From assembly GCA_041645055.1 (NCBI GenBank), contig JBAZQT010000001.1, positions 7,842 through 71,841 on the forward strand: a stretch of 64,000 bases of DNA, given 5' to 3'. Shown here one piece after another: positions 29,389 to 39,567 of this stretch. This DNA is from Methanoregula sp. (GTDB taxonomy: Archaea; Halobacteriota; Methanomicrobia; Methanomicrobiales; Methanospirillaceae). Position numbers and translations under genes: made by a program. Numbering within the stretch: position 1 is the first letter of the stretch; each line of letters starts with the position of its first letter. The notes under the pieces were generated by a model. The model was not told where the DNA came from, did not search any database, and was given only the letters and a program-made list of their open reading frames with translations.

Positions 29389-29935
29389 CGTAACCACTCC
29401 AGCGTTGTGCAAGTGTATGTTCCACCTTAAGATGATCGAGCACCCGGGCAACGACCATGTCCACAAGATCATCAATTGTTTTGGGGTGGTGATAGAAGGC
29501 AGGACAGGCGGGCATGATCAGTGCCCCGGCATCTTCAGCTGCGAGCATATTCTTTAAATGAATTTTCGACAACGGGGTTTCCCGGGTAACAAGAATACAT
29601 TTCCGGCCCTCTTTTAAGCAGACATCCGCAGTCCGGGTGATCAGGTTGTCGGCATACCCGGTCGCAATCGCCGAAAGTGTCTTGGCACTGCATGGGATCA
29701 CCACCATCCCGTCGATTTTGTGGGAACCGCTTGCAATCGATGCTCCCATCTTGTCGATGTGGTGGACTGTTGCATTGAACCCTTCAAAAGAGACACCCTC
29801 GTGGGTGGCGATCTGCTGTGCAATATCTGAAACAATGAGATGAACGTTTGCATCCTTACACAGCACCTCAAGTAAGCGGCGGGCATAGCAGGCCCCGCTT
29901 GCCCCCGTCACTCCGATAACATACTCTTTTTTCAT
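29381..29935 (-). CDS. ubiX: Flavin prenyltransferase UbiX (prenyl-FMN synthase)
   Basis: 184 aa from ATG 29935 (MKKEYVIGVTGASGACYARRLLEVL..). Motifs ..MVVIPCSAKTLSAIA.G.ADNLI.R.ADV.LKE.R. Confidence 0.9.
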   Translation of the reverse strand: MKKEYVIGVTGASGACYARRLLEVLCKDANVHLIVSDIAQQIATHEGVSFEGFNATVHHIDKMGASIASGSHKIDGMVVIPCSAKTLSAIATGYADNLITRTADVCLKEGRKCILVTRETPLSKIHLKNMLAAEDAGALIMPACPAFYHHPKTIDDLVDMVVARVLDHLKVEHTLAQRWSGYDA

Positions 29936-30199
29936 GGATATAATGCCCACTCCTGTGATAGCAATGTCGGAGTGAAGACAAAAAGAGTTTATGCCGGGAT
30001 CGGTCCGGCCGGGCAAAAAGATTATTTGCTTTTTGGCGGGGAAAAATCAGTGCCTTACCTGTATATCCTCAACCTTACGGGCGTAAGACGGGTTTGTGAT
30101 CACAGCGCGCTTCAATCACCAGCGTATTGGGGATGTTATAGAGCCGCAGGAGATCACAATCCATTCTTGGATAATCCCCGTTCATATAAAAATTACGGA

Positions 30200-30682
30200 C
30201 TAGCGTTTGCCCGCAGTAACATCCACTTTGACCCTGTTTCCTTTCATCTCGAGTTTGTACGGCCCGGTGGTATACATAGGGACCTGGTTTTTAAGATTAA
30301 ACCCTTTATCCCTTCCATAGCCATAAGTCTCTGACTTGCCATTGTCTACGTTTGTCACCTTCATCTCAAACCAGCAGTAGTTGATGTCATCGTTGAGTGG
30401 CAGGACATCAAAGTTGATACCCCATGCCGGATTGTCCACACGGAACTGCTCGGTTACTACGTCTTTTTCGCTCTGGAATGAATAGGACTTCTGGAGATAA
30501 TGATCTCCCAGGGTAAACGATGGCCGGGCTTGAACGGTTGTTGCAACAGGTGTTACCACAGATGTTCCCGCCACATTTGAAGTGGGTGTTACTACAGGCA
30601 CTGCAGGGCTCTGGGTGCATCCTGCAACCATAACTCCTGCAATGACCAGCGCAAGGATAACGAATATACGGTACTTCAACAT
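30200..30682 (-). CDS. Secreted or lipobox-like hypothetical protein
   Basis: 160 aa. Signal helix ending VMVAGC, then a T/P/V-rich linker and a beta-rich domain. Confidence 0.65.
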   Translation of the reverse strand: MLKYRIFVILALVIAGVMVAGCTQSPAVPVVTPTSNVAGTSVVTPVATTVQARPSFTLGDHYLQKSYSFQSEKDVVTEQFRVDNPAWGINFDVLPLNDDINYCWFEMKVTNVDNGKSETYGYGRDKGFNLKNQVPMYTTGPYKLEMKGNRVKVDVTAGKR

Positions 30683-30755
30683 GGTGAGTCTTTGGACACC
30701 GGGACTTATTATTGTTTATTTATGATACACAGAAAACTGGTCATTTGCATCTTTA

Positions 30756-31961
30756 CTAAAACAACGTATCCTGCCGGGTCGGTTTTTTAATGTGCAGAAT
30801 CTCGCAGGCTGCATCGGCAACGCGTTCCTGCTGACCGGAAATGGTGTATACCCCGAGACGCCATTGCTCGCGCCGGGTGGCATTCAGCGTCCGTACACGC
30901 GGAGAGAACTCTTCAAAATCCACTACGGTATTGCGGTTCTTCACCCGGACCCCAAGCGACATCTCGCTGGGAACAGAGGGGATGTCTACCAGTACCTCAT
31001 GCGGTTGGATATGAACCAGTTCAGCGATGCGGGTAGCAAAATCCCGGCATTTTTCGATCGGCATGCCGTTTTGGAATGCCATTACATTGACCTGATCGCC
31101 CCCGACAGAAAGTGCCCGTTTGTAGAGCCTTCGCTCGTATAACCGTGCTGCAAGATCCCGGGCCACTGGATTTTTTGAATTTTGTAATGCATGCATGCAC
31201 CCCGGATCATCCATACTCAGTATTTTTTGTGCCTCTGCAACCGGAGCACCCCTGAGATGTTCAAGAACCGCGAGCTGGAACATTGTCTCTCCGATCCTGC
31301 TCACATGATGATAATACACTGACGGACGCATCAGCGTGCGTGCGATAAGCAATGATTCCGCTGCATTCACCCCGTTCTCATCGAGCACGGTCCCCTCGGG
31401 CGTCTGGATCAGGTGCCGGATGAGACGCTGGGCATCCACACTGCCATATGGAGCACCGGTGTAGTACGCATCCCTCAGCAGGTAATCCATCCGGTCCACA
31501 TCGAGATCGCCGTGGATAATTTCGGACAAGGGATGCTTTCCTTTCACTATAGCGCAGAGCTCATCGGGATCAATATCCAGGGACCGGAGCTGGCTTCCCA
31601 CCTTATCCTCAACAATTATTTCAATATCATCATGGGTGCGATGCAGGAACTCTTCCATTAAGGGTTCGCTCGCATGGGAGAACGGGCCATGACCGATATC
31701 ATGAAGGAGCGCGGCAGCCACTACCAGCGTGCGCTCGGACTCAGATAAACCGAACCTTCGACAAACGACATCGGCAAGGAACATGGTACCAAGCGAGTGT
31801 TCGAACCGTGTATGATTGGCACCCGGATACACCAGGTAGGAAAAACCAAGCTGTTTGATGTAGCGGAGGCGCTGGAGTGCCGGGGAATCGAGCAGGGCAA
31901 GAGCAAACTCCTCTACTTCCACATAGCCATGGACCGGGTCCTTGATTATTTTCAAGTTCAC
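30756..31961 (-). CDS. HD-domain phosphohydrolase (dNTPase/SAMHD1-like family)
   Basis: Motifs IKDPVHGYVEV, NHTRFEHSLGT, LLHDIGHGPFSH and D.D..DYLLRD.YYTG. I prefer the in-frame GTG at 31961 (VNLKIIKDP...). The longest ORF (to 32075) would overlap cofD by 75 nt. Confidence 0.8.
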   Translation of the reverse strand: MNLKIIKDPVHGYVEVEEFALALLDSPALQRLRYIKQLGFSYLVYPGANHTRFEHSLGTMFLADVVCRRFGLSESERTLVVAAALLHDIGHGPFSHASEPLMEEFLHRTHDDIEIIVEDKVGSQLRSLDIDPDELCAIVKGKHPLSEIIHGDLDVDRMDYLLRDAYYTGAPYGSVDAQRLIRHLIQTPEGTVLDENGVNAAESLLIARTLMRPSVYYHHVSRIGETMFQLAVLEHLRGAPVAEAQKILSMDDPGCMHALQNSKNPVARDLAARLYERRLYKRALSVGGDQVNVMAFQNGMPIEKCRDFATRIAELVHIQPHEVLVDIPSVPSEMSLGVRVKNRNTVVDFEEFSPRVRTLNATRREQWRLGVYTISGQQERVADAACEILHIKKPTRQDTLF

Positions 31962-32000
31962 TAAAGAATCTTCATATACATCGCATAAAAGTATTGAGTA

Positions 32001-32903
32001 ATGATTACTTTCCTTTCGGGCGGGACTGGCACCCCGAAACTGCTGCGGGGGATGCAGAAAGTGATGGACCGGCATGAGATATCGGTCATCGTCAATACGG
32101 CTGAAGACATCTGGATCTCAGGAAACCACATCTCACCGGATGTTGATACCGTCATGTACCTGTTTGCCGGCATCCTCAATACGGATACGTGGTGGGGAGT
32201 CAGGAACGATACGTTCACCACCCACGAAGAGATCACCCGGCTGGGAATCGATGAGTTCATCGCGATCGGGGATATGGACCGGGCTGTGCATATTGCCCGG
32301 GGCGATATGATGCGAAACGGGATGCGCCTGACCAATGCCACAAAAATTCTCTGCGATCGTTTCGGCGTCCGGGAAAATGTGCTTCCCATGACTGATACTG
32401 AGGTGACAACACAGATAGAGACCGAGCTCGGTCTCATTCACTTCCAGGAGTACTGGATCAGGGCAAAGGGAAAGATCGATATCCAGAAGGTCACACGGAG
32501 TTTTAATGAGCCTCCGGTTGCAACCGAAGAAGGTCTGGCTGCGATTGAAGCGAGCGATGCTGTTGTGATCGGCCCTTCAAACCCTATCACCAGCATCCTG
32601 CCGATACTCTCCTGTGATGGAATAAAAAACGCACTTAAGGATAAATTCGTTATAGCGGTGAGTCCGTTTATTGGAAATGAACCGATCAGCGGTCCGGCGG
32701 GTGCTCTCATGAAGGCTTCGGGATTCGAACCCAGCTCTATTGGCACGATCAACTGTTATGACGGTTTGATCGATCTCTTCGTGCAGGACATCCGCGATCC
32801 TGTTGAAGTGAGCGATTCGGTCAGGTTTGACACCCTGATGACCGATGAGGACAAGAGCGTAGCACTGGCACGTGAGATAAAGGGTTTAGTAAAAAAGCAT
32901 TGA
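32001..32903 (+). CDS. cofD: 2-phospho-L-lactate transferase (coenzyme F420 biosynthesis)
   Basis: 300 aa. N-terminus [16 protein letters not shown], then ..[17 protein letters not shown]... and the ..GPSNP.TSI.PIL.. motif. Confidence 0.9.
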   Translation: MITFLSGGTGTPKLLRGMQKVMDRHEISVIVNTAEDIWISGNHISPDVDTVMYLFAGILNTDTWWGVRNDTFTTHEEITRLGIDEFIAIGDMDRAVHIARGDMMRNGMRLTNATKILCDRFGVRENVLPMTDTEVTTQIETELGLIHFQEYWIRAKGKIDIQKVTRSFNEPPVATEEGLAAIEASDAVVIGPSNPITSILPILSCDGIKNALKDKFVIAVSPFIGNEPISGPAGALMKASGFEPSSIGTINCYDGLIDLFVQDIRDPVEVSDSVRFDTLMTDEDKSVALAREIKGLVKKH

Positions 32904-33014
32904 TGGGCACATTCTGCTGCCAAACGATCATACTTCTTTATTATTCACTCCAGTCCTGAAGGTGCTGCACTAAGGAGTGGCAAACCTATTTAACGCTGGG
33001 GAATAACGGTTATC

Positions 33015-33953
33015 GTGAGAGGCATGAAACGAATATTGAATTGTAAGACGGGCATATTCATTGTAATTATTTTTGTATTCTTATCCGGGTGTTTATCAGG
33101 TCCGGATTCGCAAAAAAGTACCATCAATCTTACATCATCTCCTTCCGGCTCAGAGGTCTATATCGACAACCAGTACAAGGGGACCACTCCAGTGACCATT
33201 CCTGATGTCGTGGTGGGATCTCACACGCTTGAATACCGTCATTCAGGATACCAGAGCTGGTCAAATACCGTCACCGTCTCTCCGGGTTTATCAAATTATT
33301 ATGCAGCATTAGCCCCTCTGTCAGCCACTCAGATATCCCAGCAGAACGGTCAGACAATAGCGCCGACACAAACCCCGGCACAAACGACATTAACGATCCA
33401 GGCCGGGAAAAAGACGATGATCATAGGAGACTCGAATCAATTTTCCGGAACTGCATCCGGAACAAACGTTGTATTATTGACACTATACGGACCGGGAAAA
33501 TATAAAAACGGGGTGTCCCTGGTTCAACAGAACGTCAATGAACTCGGAAATTGGAATTATATCTGGAATCCGGGCTCTGCTGTTGAGTCTGGTTCATTTA
33601 CCATGATCGTATCTGACCCATGGAAAACCACATCAGAGAGGACAGAATTTACCGTGATTGGAGGAGGAGTGGTCTCCATTTCACCAAGTACTGCTTCGGC
33701 TCTGGCAGGAACAACGGTAACTTTCTCCGGTCAATGCACTACAGGCGCCCAGAATGTGTTACTGGTATTATACGGACCTGGGCAATATACCAGCGGAACT
33801 GAACTGGGCCCCTTCTCTGTATCGGCAGATAAAACATGGAGTTTCAAGTATTCTCTTGATTCTACTATGCCTACGGGATATTATACTATGTATGTGTATG
33901 ATGTTCCAAGAACCAGCTCGGGTAACACCCAATTCACGATTGGTTATTCATAA
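33015..33953 (+). CDS. PEGA-domain lipoprotein with two C-terminal ~95-aa internal repeats
   Basis: Lipobox FLSGC. PEGA-like segment SSPSGSEVYIDNQYKGTTPVTIPDVVVGSHTLEYRHSGYQSW. The repeats ..VVLLTLYGPGKY.. and ..VLLVLYGPGQY.. each end in ..FTV(I)G. Confidence 0.75.
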   Translation: MRGMKRILNCKTGIFIVIIFVFLSGCLSGPDSQKSTINLTSSPSGSEVYIDNQYKGTTPVTIPDVVVGSHTLEYRHSGYQSWSNTVTVSPGLSNYYAALAPLSATQISQQNGQTIAPTQTPAQTTLTIQAGKKTMIIGDSNQFSGTASGTNVVLLTLYGPGKYKNGVSLVQQNVNELGNWNYIWNPGSAVESGSFTMIVSDPWKTTSERTEFTVIGGGVVSISPSTASALAGTTVTFSGQCTTGAQNVLLVLYGPGQYTSGTELGPFSVSADKTWSFKYSLDSTMPTGYYTMYVYDVPRTSSGNTQFTIGYS

Positions 33954-34183
33954 TCGTACTTTTTTTAACAACATACTACATTCCCACATTTTTCCCGATA
34001 CTCTATGATTTGGCAGATGCCCAATTACCAGAATATGGTAATCAGAATCCCAATACCGGGGTTGTGAAATTGGCCAAATCAAATTTTTCTCTTAAAAAAG
34101 GGCGGGAGATGCACAATTCGACCGTTTGTGTATCCGATACCTATTTGAAGGATTTTATACTAATATTCGTTCGGAGAAGTCGC

Positions 34184-35374
34184 ATGAGTATTACAAAAAA
34201 ATTTCTTAATTTGTTCAAGTCAGGAAAGGACGAGGAGGAGGAGCAGGCGCGTCGCCTCGCACAAAAGGAGCGCTACGATAATTTCCTTAAGGCCCTTACC
34301 GAGGGAGACCTTGAAACACGGTGGAATGCCGTACGATCCGTCGGGGATCTCGGCGAGCCATTCATCGAGCCGCTCATCCGCGGGTTAAAAGACGAGTACT
34401 GGATCATCAGGCGCGGATCGGCAGATACCCTTGGCAAGATTGGGGTTCCGGCAGTAGCACCCCTGATCGGTGCGCTGGATGAGTCGTCTGACGATGTACG
34501 CCAGGAAACCATCAGGGCACTCCAGCTTGTCGGAGAACCATCGGTCGGTCCTCTGGTCCAGGCAGTAAAGCACGCCCACCCGCTCATCCGTCGCGGGGCA
34601 GTGCAGGCACTGGGTATCATGGGTGAAACCCGGGCTGTCGGCCATCTTATCGAAGCGTTAAAAGACGCCGATCCTTATGTCCGGCACGAGAGTGCAGTTG
34701 CACTCGGCCGTATCGGGGATCCCCGTGCTGTCGCACCGTTGATCGAGAGTCTCAACGATGCACGGGAACATGTCCGCATGGCAGCGATGGCGACACTCTG
34801 CTCACTCGGCGAGCCTGCCATTGAACCACTCATACGAGCACTCATTGATCCAAATGATGATGTCCAGCGCCGGGCTTCACTCGCCCTTGTGACCATTGGG
34901 GAACCCTCCGTTGAACCGTTGATTAAAGCGCTCGGTGACCAGAACCCCGGTATACGCAAAGGTGCAGTGGATGTACTCGGCCAGATCGGCAATACCCGGG
35001 CGATCTCCCCCATTATCCAAGCACTCGATGATCCGGACCGGTCGGTTCGCATTGATGTCGTCAAGTCGCTGGCAGCACTTGGCGTTCCCGCAATTGCACC
35101 ACTCATGCAGGTCTTCCGCGAAGGAGATGTCAGGATGAGGACCGGTGCTATGGAAGCACTCTGGATGCTCGGCCAGCCGGCAACAACTCCCCTTATCATG
35201 GTCTTAAAAGACGACCAGAGCGATGTCAGAAGGCGTGCAGTACTCCTTCTCGGCGAGATCGGCGACCAGAAAGCTGTCGATCACATCACCGGCCTCCTTT
35301 CCGATGATAACGTATCCGTGCGCCGTGAAGCCTTCGAAGCGCTCGAGATGATCAAGAAAAGAACTGCCCAATAA
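34184..35374 (+). CDS. HEAT-repeat protein
   Basis: 396 aa from ATG 34184 (MSITKKF..). About 10 tandem units D..VR..A..ALG.IG.P.AV.PLI.AL.D. Confidence 0.8.
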   Translation: MSITKKFLNLFKSGKDEEEEQARRLAQKERYDNFLKALTEGDLETRWNAVRSVGDLGEPFIEPLIRGLKDEYWIIRRGSADTLGKIGVPAVAPLIGALDESSDDVRQETIRALQLVGEPSVGPLVQAVKHAHPLIRRGAVQALGIMGETRAVGHLIEALKDADPYVRHESAVALGRIGDPRAVAPLIESLNDAREHVRMAAMATLCSLGEPAIEPLIRALIDPNDDVQRRASLALVTIGEPSVEPLIKALGDQNPGIRKGAVDVLGQIGNTRAISPIIQALDDPDRSVRIDVVKSLAALGVPAIAPLMQVFREGDVRMRTGAMEALWMLGQPATTPLIMVLKDDQSDVRRRAVLLLGEIGDQKAVDHITGLLSDDNVSVRREAFEALEMIKKRTAQ

Positions 35375-35561
35375 ATACAAAAGCAGTCCATCTTTTTTAC
35401 TATGAAAAAGGCCCCGTCATTTTCTTGTGCCTGTATTCCTGCGGCCACCGGAATTAAATGGTTGGTGCAACCGGGTACCAGTTTTTAAAATATGCCAACT
35501 GCGATGGCTTGATATGATAAGCCCGACAGAGCATGCAGGTAGGAAAGGGAGTTGAGAGACC

Positions 35562-35999
35562 TTGCGGTTTGTGGTGACAAAACGGAACCGTGATGCAGTA
35601 TTGGCAGGGGCAAAAGGCCGTTTGGGTGAGGATGTACCGAACGATTCCTACCGGGAGCGGTTGATCAAATATGTTCCTGTAGAGACCATCGCCCTGTTTA
35701 TCGTTCTCTACGGAATCACGTATTACCTGTACGGCACCGAGTCCTGGTATCCCATCGTGGCACGCTGGATCCTGATCCTTGGATTTCTGTGTACGGTGCT
35801 GTACCTCTGGAAAGTGGAGAATATCACCGATGGGGTACAGCTGGGAATATCTGCAATCGGTTTCCTCATATGGGTGAGCGCACTTGGGGTGATCACGGTT
35901 ACGGACCTGCCATTTTATAATGCCATTGTTGCCGGGCTGCTCCTGTTCGCCTATATCTTTCTGGCGCCCTTGATTGACGGTGTGCCTGAGGTCTGGTAA
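35562..35999 (+). CDS. Small integral membrane protein (4 TM), hypothetical
   Basis: 145 aa with four clear hydrophobic helices. Only TTG or GTG start candidates exist, so the start is uncertain. The overlapping antisense ORF 35454-36062 looks non-coding. Confidence 0.5.
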   Translation: MRFVVTKRNRDAVLAGAKGRLGEDVPNDSYRERLIKYVPVETIALFIVLYGITYYLYGTESWYPIVARWILILGFLCTVLYLWKVENITDGVQLGISAIGFLIWVSALGVITVTDLPFYNAIVAGLLLFAYIFLAPLIDGVPEVW

Positions 36000-36052
36000 C
36001 GATGCTGTTATAAAAAAGTGGAAAAACCATGCAATGAGAGAGGTGATGAGAT

Positions 36053-36487
36053 ATGGATCCATTCATGCAAGAAGCCATTGAAGAAGCAAGAAAAGGGCGC
36101 AGTGAGGGGGGCATTCCCATCGGGTCAGTGCTTGTCCGGAACAACGTCATCCTTGGCAGGGGGCACAACCGCCGGGTGCAGGAAGGAGACCCGGTCATCC
36201 ACGCGGAGATTGATTGTCTGCGCAATGCCGGGCGGATCGGAACATACCGGGACGCAGTGCTCTATTCTACGCTCATGCCCTGCTATCTCTGCGCAGGTGC
36301 AGCAGTCCAGTTCGGGATCAAAAAGGTCATTGCAGGTGAATCCCGGAATTTTACCGGGGCTCGGGCATTTATGGAAGAGCATAGCATCGAAGTAATCGAT
36401 CTGGATCTTGAAGAGTGTGTTACCATGATGCAGGAATTTATTGCACAGAACCCCCGGCTCTGGAATGAGGATATCGGGGAACTCTAA
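36053..36487 (+). CDS. Cytosine/nucleoside deaminase (CMP/dCMP-type zinc deaminase, Fcy1-like)
   Basis: 144 aa. Zinc motifs HAE(IDCL) and PCYLCAG. N-terminus MQEAIEEARKG..EGGIPIGSVLV. Confidence 0.85.
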   Translation: MDPFMQEAIEEARKGRSEGGIPIGSVLVRNNVILGRGHNRRVQEGDPVIHAEIDCLRNAGRIGTYRDAVLYSTLMPCYLCAGAAVQFGIKKVIAGESRNFTGARAFMEEHSIEVIDLDLEECVTMMQEFIAQNPRLWNEDIGEL

Positions 36488-36652
36488 ATCCTTTTTTATC
36501 ACAAAGCGAGCTGATGCAAAAGGTCACGACTTTTGATAAAAAATGCGATTTTCAATCGGGCATGCATTGTTTCAAAAGATGTATGAAAAGAAAAAAAGGT
36601 TCTTCGCTGTATCATGTGAGTGAAATTTTGAATAAAATTTGTTGGGGATGTT

Positions 36653-36687
36653 TCCCCGCCTCAGGGCCTCTCCGAGGCACGGCGGGG
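36653..36687. repeat. GC-rich 35-nt hairpin element, copy 1
   Basis: TCCCCGCCTCAGGGCCTCTCCGAGGCACGGCGGGG has an outer stem CCCCGCC/GGCGGGG and an inner stem GCCTC/GAGGC. 32 consecutive nt are identical to the reverse complement of 61226-61257. Confidence 0.7.
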
Positions 36688-36855
36688 TAAGGTGGTTTTA
36701 ATATTTTCGTCACCAAGACTGCCACGGGGGCGTCCCTTCGGGGGCGGCGGGGTTCATCGTATTTTGAGGAATCGTAGCAACAGTCACCATCTTTGTAATC
36801 TACCAAGTTCATTAGTTACCCATTTAAAACGGTGATGAACAAAATAAAAAAGGGG

Positions 36856-37524
36856 TTATTTCAGTTCCCCTAACTCTTTCCAGTAATCGTACTCGTTTGT
36901 CCAGGTATCCTTGTTGAACGATACGAGCCGCTTGAAATATTCCTTACGCTCTTGCAGGTTCTTCTCCTGGGCCGGGTCTGTCCATTTTGTCTTGATCGCA
37001 TCAGTGAGTTTCCGTCCGAGCTCCTTTGCCTGCTTCTCGGCGCCAACGATCGCATTCGGGTCCCTGCCAACAAGGACGCCGACTTTACCAACCGTGGTCA
37101 TACCGAAGTTACTGAGCGTAAAGTTCATGTAATCAGCGACTTCGTCCACGTGGGATCCTCCCGCGGTGCAGACAGCACATCCATATTTTCCATAAAAGGA
37201 CTGGCAGTGGATCACATCTGCCATCCGGTCGAGCATCGTCTTAAGTTGGGCACTGACCTGGTTGATGTAATTCGGTGAACCGAGTACGATACCATCAGCG
37301 TTGGACATCTTAGCAAGCAGCGCCGGGAAGTCATCGTCATGGATGCATTCACCTGTTGCATAGCAGGCACAACATGCGGTACAGTACTTTATCTCAAGTC
37401 CGCATATGTCCACAAACGTAACATCCGCCCCGGTCTGCCGTGCTCCTTCAAGAACTGCCATGACCAGCCGGCGGGTCTGGCTTTTCTCCCCTTTCGGGCT
37501 GCTGTTGATGCCGATTATCTTCAT
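36856..37524 (-). CDS. Iron-sulfur flavoprotein / NADPH-dependent FMN reductase family
   Basis: 222 aa from ATG 37524 (MKIIGINSSPKGEKSQT..). Compact Cys cluster CTACCACYATGEC and the flavodoxin-like motif GSPNYI. Confidence 0.8.
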   Translation of the reverse strand: MKIIGINSSPKGEKSQTRRLVMAVLEGARQTGADVTFVDICGLEIKYCTACCACYATGECIHDDDFPALLAKMSNADGIVLGSPNYINQVSAQLKTMLDRMADVIHCQSFYGKYGCAVCTAGGSHVDEVADYMNFTLSNFGMTTVGKVGVLVGRDPNAIVGAEKQAKELGRKLTDAIKTKWTDPAQEKNLQERKEYFKRLVSFNKDTWTNEYDYWKELGELK

Positions 37525-37669
37525 GATTCCTCTCCATGTAAGGATCATTGCTTATCGATAAAAAAGTATGCGATGACCAAAAATTTCCTGTTTCAGCGGT
37601 TGAACCGGTATACGTGAGGGAATATGCTCTTTACCCATAATTGCACACCATTTACCGAGTGATTCTTCC

Positions 37670-38038
37670 ATGATCATCCGCGACATTACAAATTCCCCCC
37701 ATGAGCGTGTCCTTGATCGCTCTCTGCTCTGCGAATTGCTGCATCCCGATAAGGTAACCGGGGCACAGGAACTGGGCTGCAGTATTGCCCATGCGATCAT
37801 CCCCCCGGGGGAGTCTACGCTCCCCCACCTGCTGAAAAAATCAACGGAACTCTACTATATTCTTCAAGGATTGGGAGAGATGCACATCGATAATGAATCC
37901 GTACAAGTTTCACCGGGTCAGATCATCCTGATCCCTCCAAAAGCCCGTCAGTGGATACGGAATACCGGCAAGGATAATCTTGTCTTCCTCTGTATCGTTT
38001 CACCAAAGTGGCAGGCAGAAGATGAGATACTCTGCTGA
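37670..38038 (+). CDS. Cupin-domain protein
   Basis: 122 aa. Cupin motifs ..H.......ELYYILQG.GEM.. and ..PG..I.IPP... Confidence 0.75.
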   Translation: MIIRDITNSPHERVLDRSLLCELLHPDKVTGAQELGCSIAHAIIPPGESTLPHLLKKSTELYYILQGLGEMHIDNESVQVSPGQIILIPPKARQWIRNTGKDNLVFLCIVSPKWQAEDEILC

Positions 38039-38122
38039 CATGACCGATCCCTGACAGGGTAACGGTAAGAGACAGGGATAACCATTGAAAGATTTTACAA
38101 ACGAAACGTTCTATTATACAGT

Positions 38123-38767
38123 ATGAGCGGATTTGAAAAGGATAACCAATACCGGATCTCCAAAGGGAGGCTGGAAACGATGGTGGACACAATCTTTGCG
38201 TTCGCCATGACCCTGCTCGTGCTCGGGTTGGTTATGCCACAGTTTTCCGAGGCCCAGGCTGCTTCTGAGCTCCCTCCCTATCTTGAAAAACTATTACCGC
38301 AGTTTATCCTTTTTATCGTTGCATTCCTGGTCCTTGCCTTCTTTTGGATCGAACACCACCGCCAGTTCCATTATCTCCGGATTGTTAATCCAGCCATCCT
38401 CCGGTTCAATGTCGCCATCCTCATCTTCATCGTCCTGATCCCGTTTACCACAGATGTATCCGGGATGTATGACGGAATAATGATCGCAGTGGTCCTCTTC
38501 CATGTCAATCTCCTGATCGTTGGTGCGCTGTTTCTTGGCCAGTGGGGGTATATCTGCCGGCGCAACCATCTCTGTGATACTGAATTTGACATCGCCAAGG
38601 AGAGATACCGGTTCTGGATCCTTGTAACAGTTCCGTCCGTTGCATTCCTCGGTATTGTTGTGGCATTTTTTTCACCTTCGTTCTCACTACTTGTCTATCT
38701 GCTTATCCCTGTCATTATTACACTTTGGGGAAAATCCCCCGGACATAAAGAACAAAAAAGTAGGTAA
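38123..38767 (+). CDS. TMEM175/DUF1211-family putative potassium channel
   Basis: 214 aa. Signature RLETMVDTIFAFAMTLLVL (the RxxxFSD-like first helix) and W..HH..F. Confidence 0.8.
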   Translation: MSGFEKDNQYRISKGRLETMVDTIFAFAMTLLVLGLVMPQFSEAQAASELPPYLEKLLPQFILFIVAFLVLAFFWIEHHRQFHYLRIVNPAILRFNVAILIFIVLIPFTTDVSGMYDGIMIAVVLFHVNLLIVGALFLGQWGYICRRNHLCDTEFDIAKERYRFWILVTVPSVAFLGIVVAFFSPSFSLLVYLLIPVIITLWGKSPGHKEQKSR

Positions 38768-38809
38768 ATAATTAGAGATAAAAAAAAGGTTGGCCAGGAT
38801 TCGATCTGC

Positions 38810-39400
38810 CTAATCCCAATAATACTTCACAAAGAGTTTTGATTTCCGGACCTTTGGGGTAAAGAACCGGAGTGCAAGCGGAACGATAATAATTGTAACG
38901 ATGATGTTGCCAATAAGCCAGACCATAAATGTGCTCCCGATCTGGCTGGATTGAATAACATTTCCGAGCGCGAGAGTGTATGCACCCCAGGCTGCACCCA
39001 CAATATTGTTGATCAGAACCCCAAAGAGCAGCAGCAGTGTCCAGTCCCGGCGGTTCTCTAAATTGAGATCCACTTCAAAGGTTCGCAGTGCAACGAGCGG
39101 GATAAGTACCTGCAGGAGACCGGCGATCGAATAGTAGATTGCAACGCCGCCAGGAATGGCCGGGTTGGTAGTAAGCAGCCCGGCGCCAATAAGGGTGCCG
39201 GCATAAGCGGCGATCGCACCATAAGCACCAAACCAGAGCGTAAAGAGGATCATAAACGCTACGGCAAAATAGAGTGTGGATACCCCGCCAACGCTTCCGG
39301 GCAGGGCAAATACACAGAGCCAGGCGATGAGGGAATTGACCACTATAAGGACCAGGGTAAGGATAACAAAGGAATATGTTGGTTCACGAACGTTTTTCAT
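38810..39400 (-). CDS. Integral membrane protein, hypothetical
   Basis: 196 aa from ATG 39400 (MKNVREPTYSF..) with 5-6 TM helices. The longer track ORF adds an implausible leader. Confidence 0.6.
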   Translation of the reverse strand: MKNVREPTYSFVILTLVLIVVNSLIAWLCVFALPGSVGGVSTLYFAVAFMILFTLWFGAYGAIAAYAGTLIGAGLLTTNPAIPGGVAIYYSIAGLLQVLIPLVALRTFEVDLNLENRRDWTLLLLFGVLINNIVGAAWGAYTLALGNVIQSSQIGSTFMVWLIGNIIVTIIIVPLALRFFTPKVRKSKLFVKYYWD

Positions 39401-39567
39401 ACATTCTCCTGTATTCCATATTGCGTACACATATAAATAGTATTTATTGTCCTGCGAACAGGGGAGAATCGTGATCGCGGTGTTTAATTTTCCTATATGC
39501 TTTTTACCCTTCACAATTTTTATGACCGGACCACCGTATCTATACATACAGGAGTGTTGGCGGATTT

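Noticed and set aside
28153-30016. Long N-terminal extensions of the UbiD-like (to 29475) and UbiX (to 30016) ORFs
   Set aside because: The extensions would overlap the upstream genes by about 90 nt and add non-homologous leaders. Internal ATGs at 29388 and 29935 give canonical N-termini (MREFIEKM.., MKKEYVIGVTGASG..).
35454-36062. 202-aa - strand ORF
   Set aside because: It competes with the + strand 4-TM protein (35562-35999) and overlaps the deaminase start. Its translation is charged and low-complexity without domains. The + strand membrane protein is more plausible, though itself only moderate confidence.
36612-36812. 66-aa - strand ORF in the convergent intergenic gap
   Set aside because: It is built largely from the GC-rich hairpin repeat and a second stem-loop (PRRPRRDAP.., PRRGPEAGKHP), and is better explained as structured non-coding DNA/RNA.
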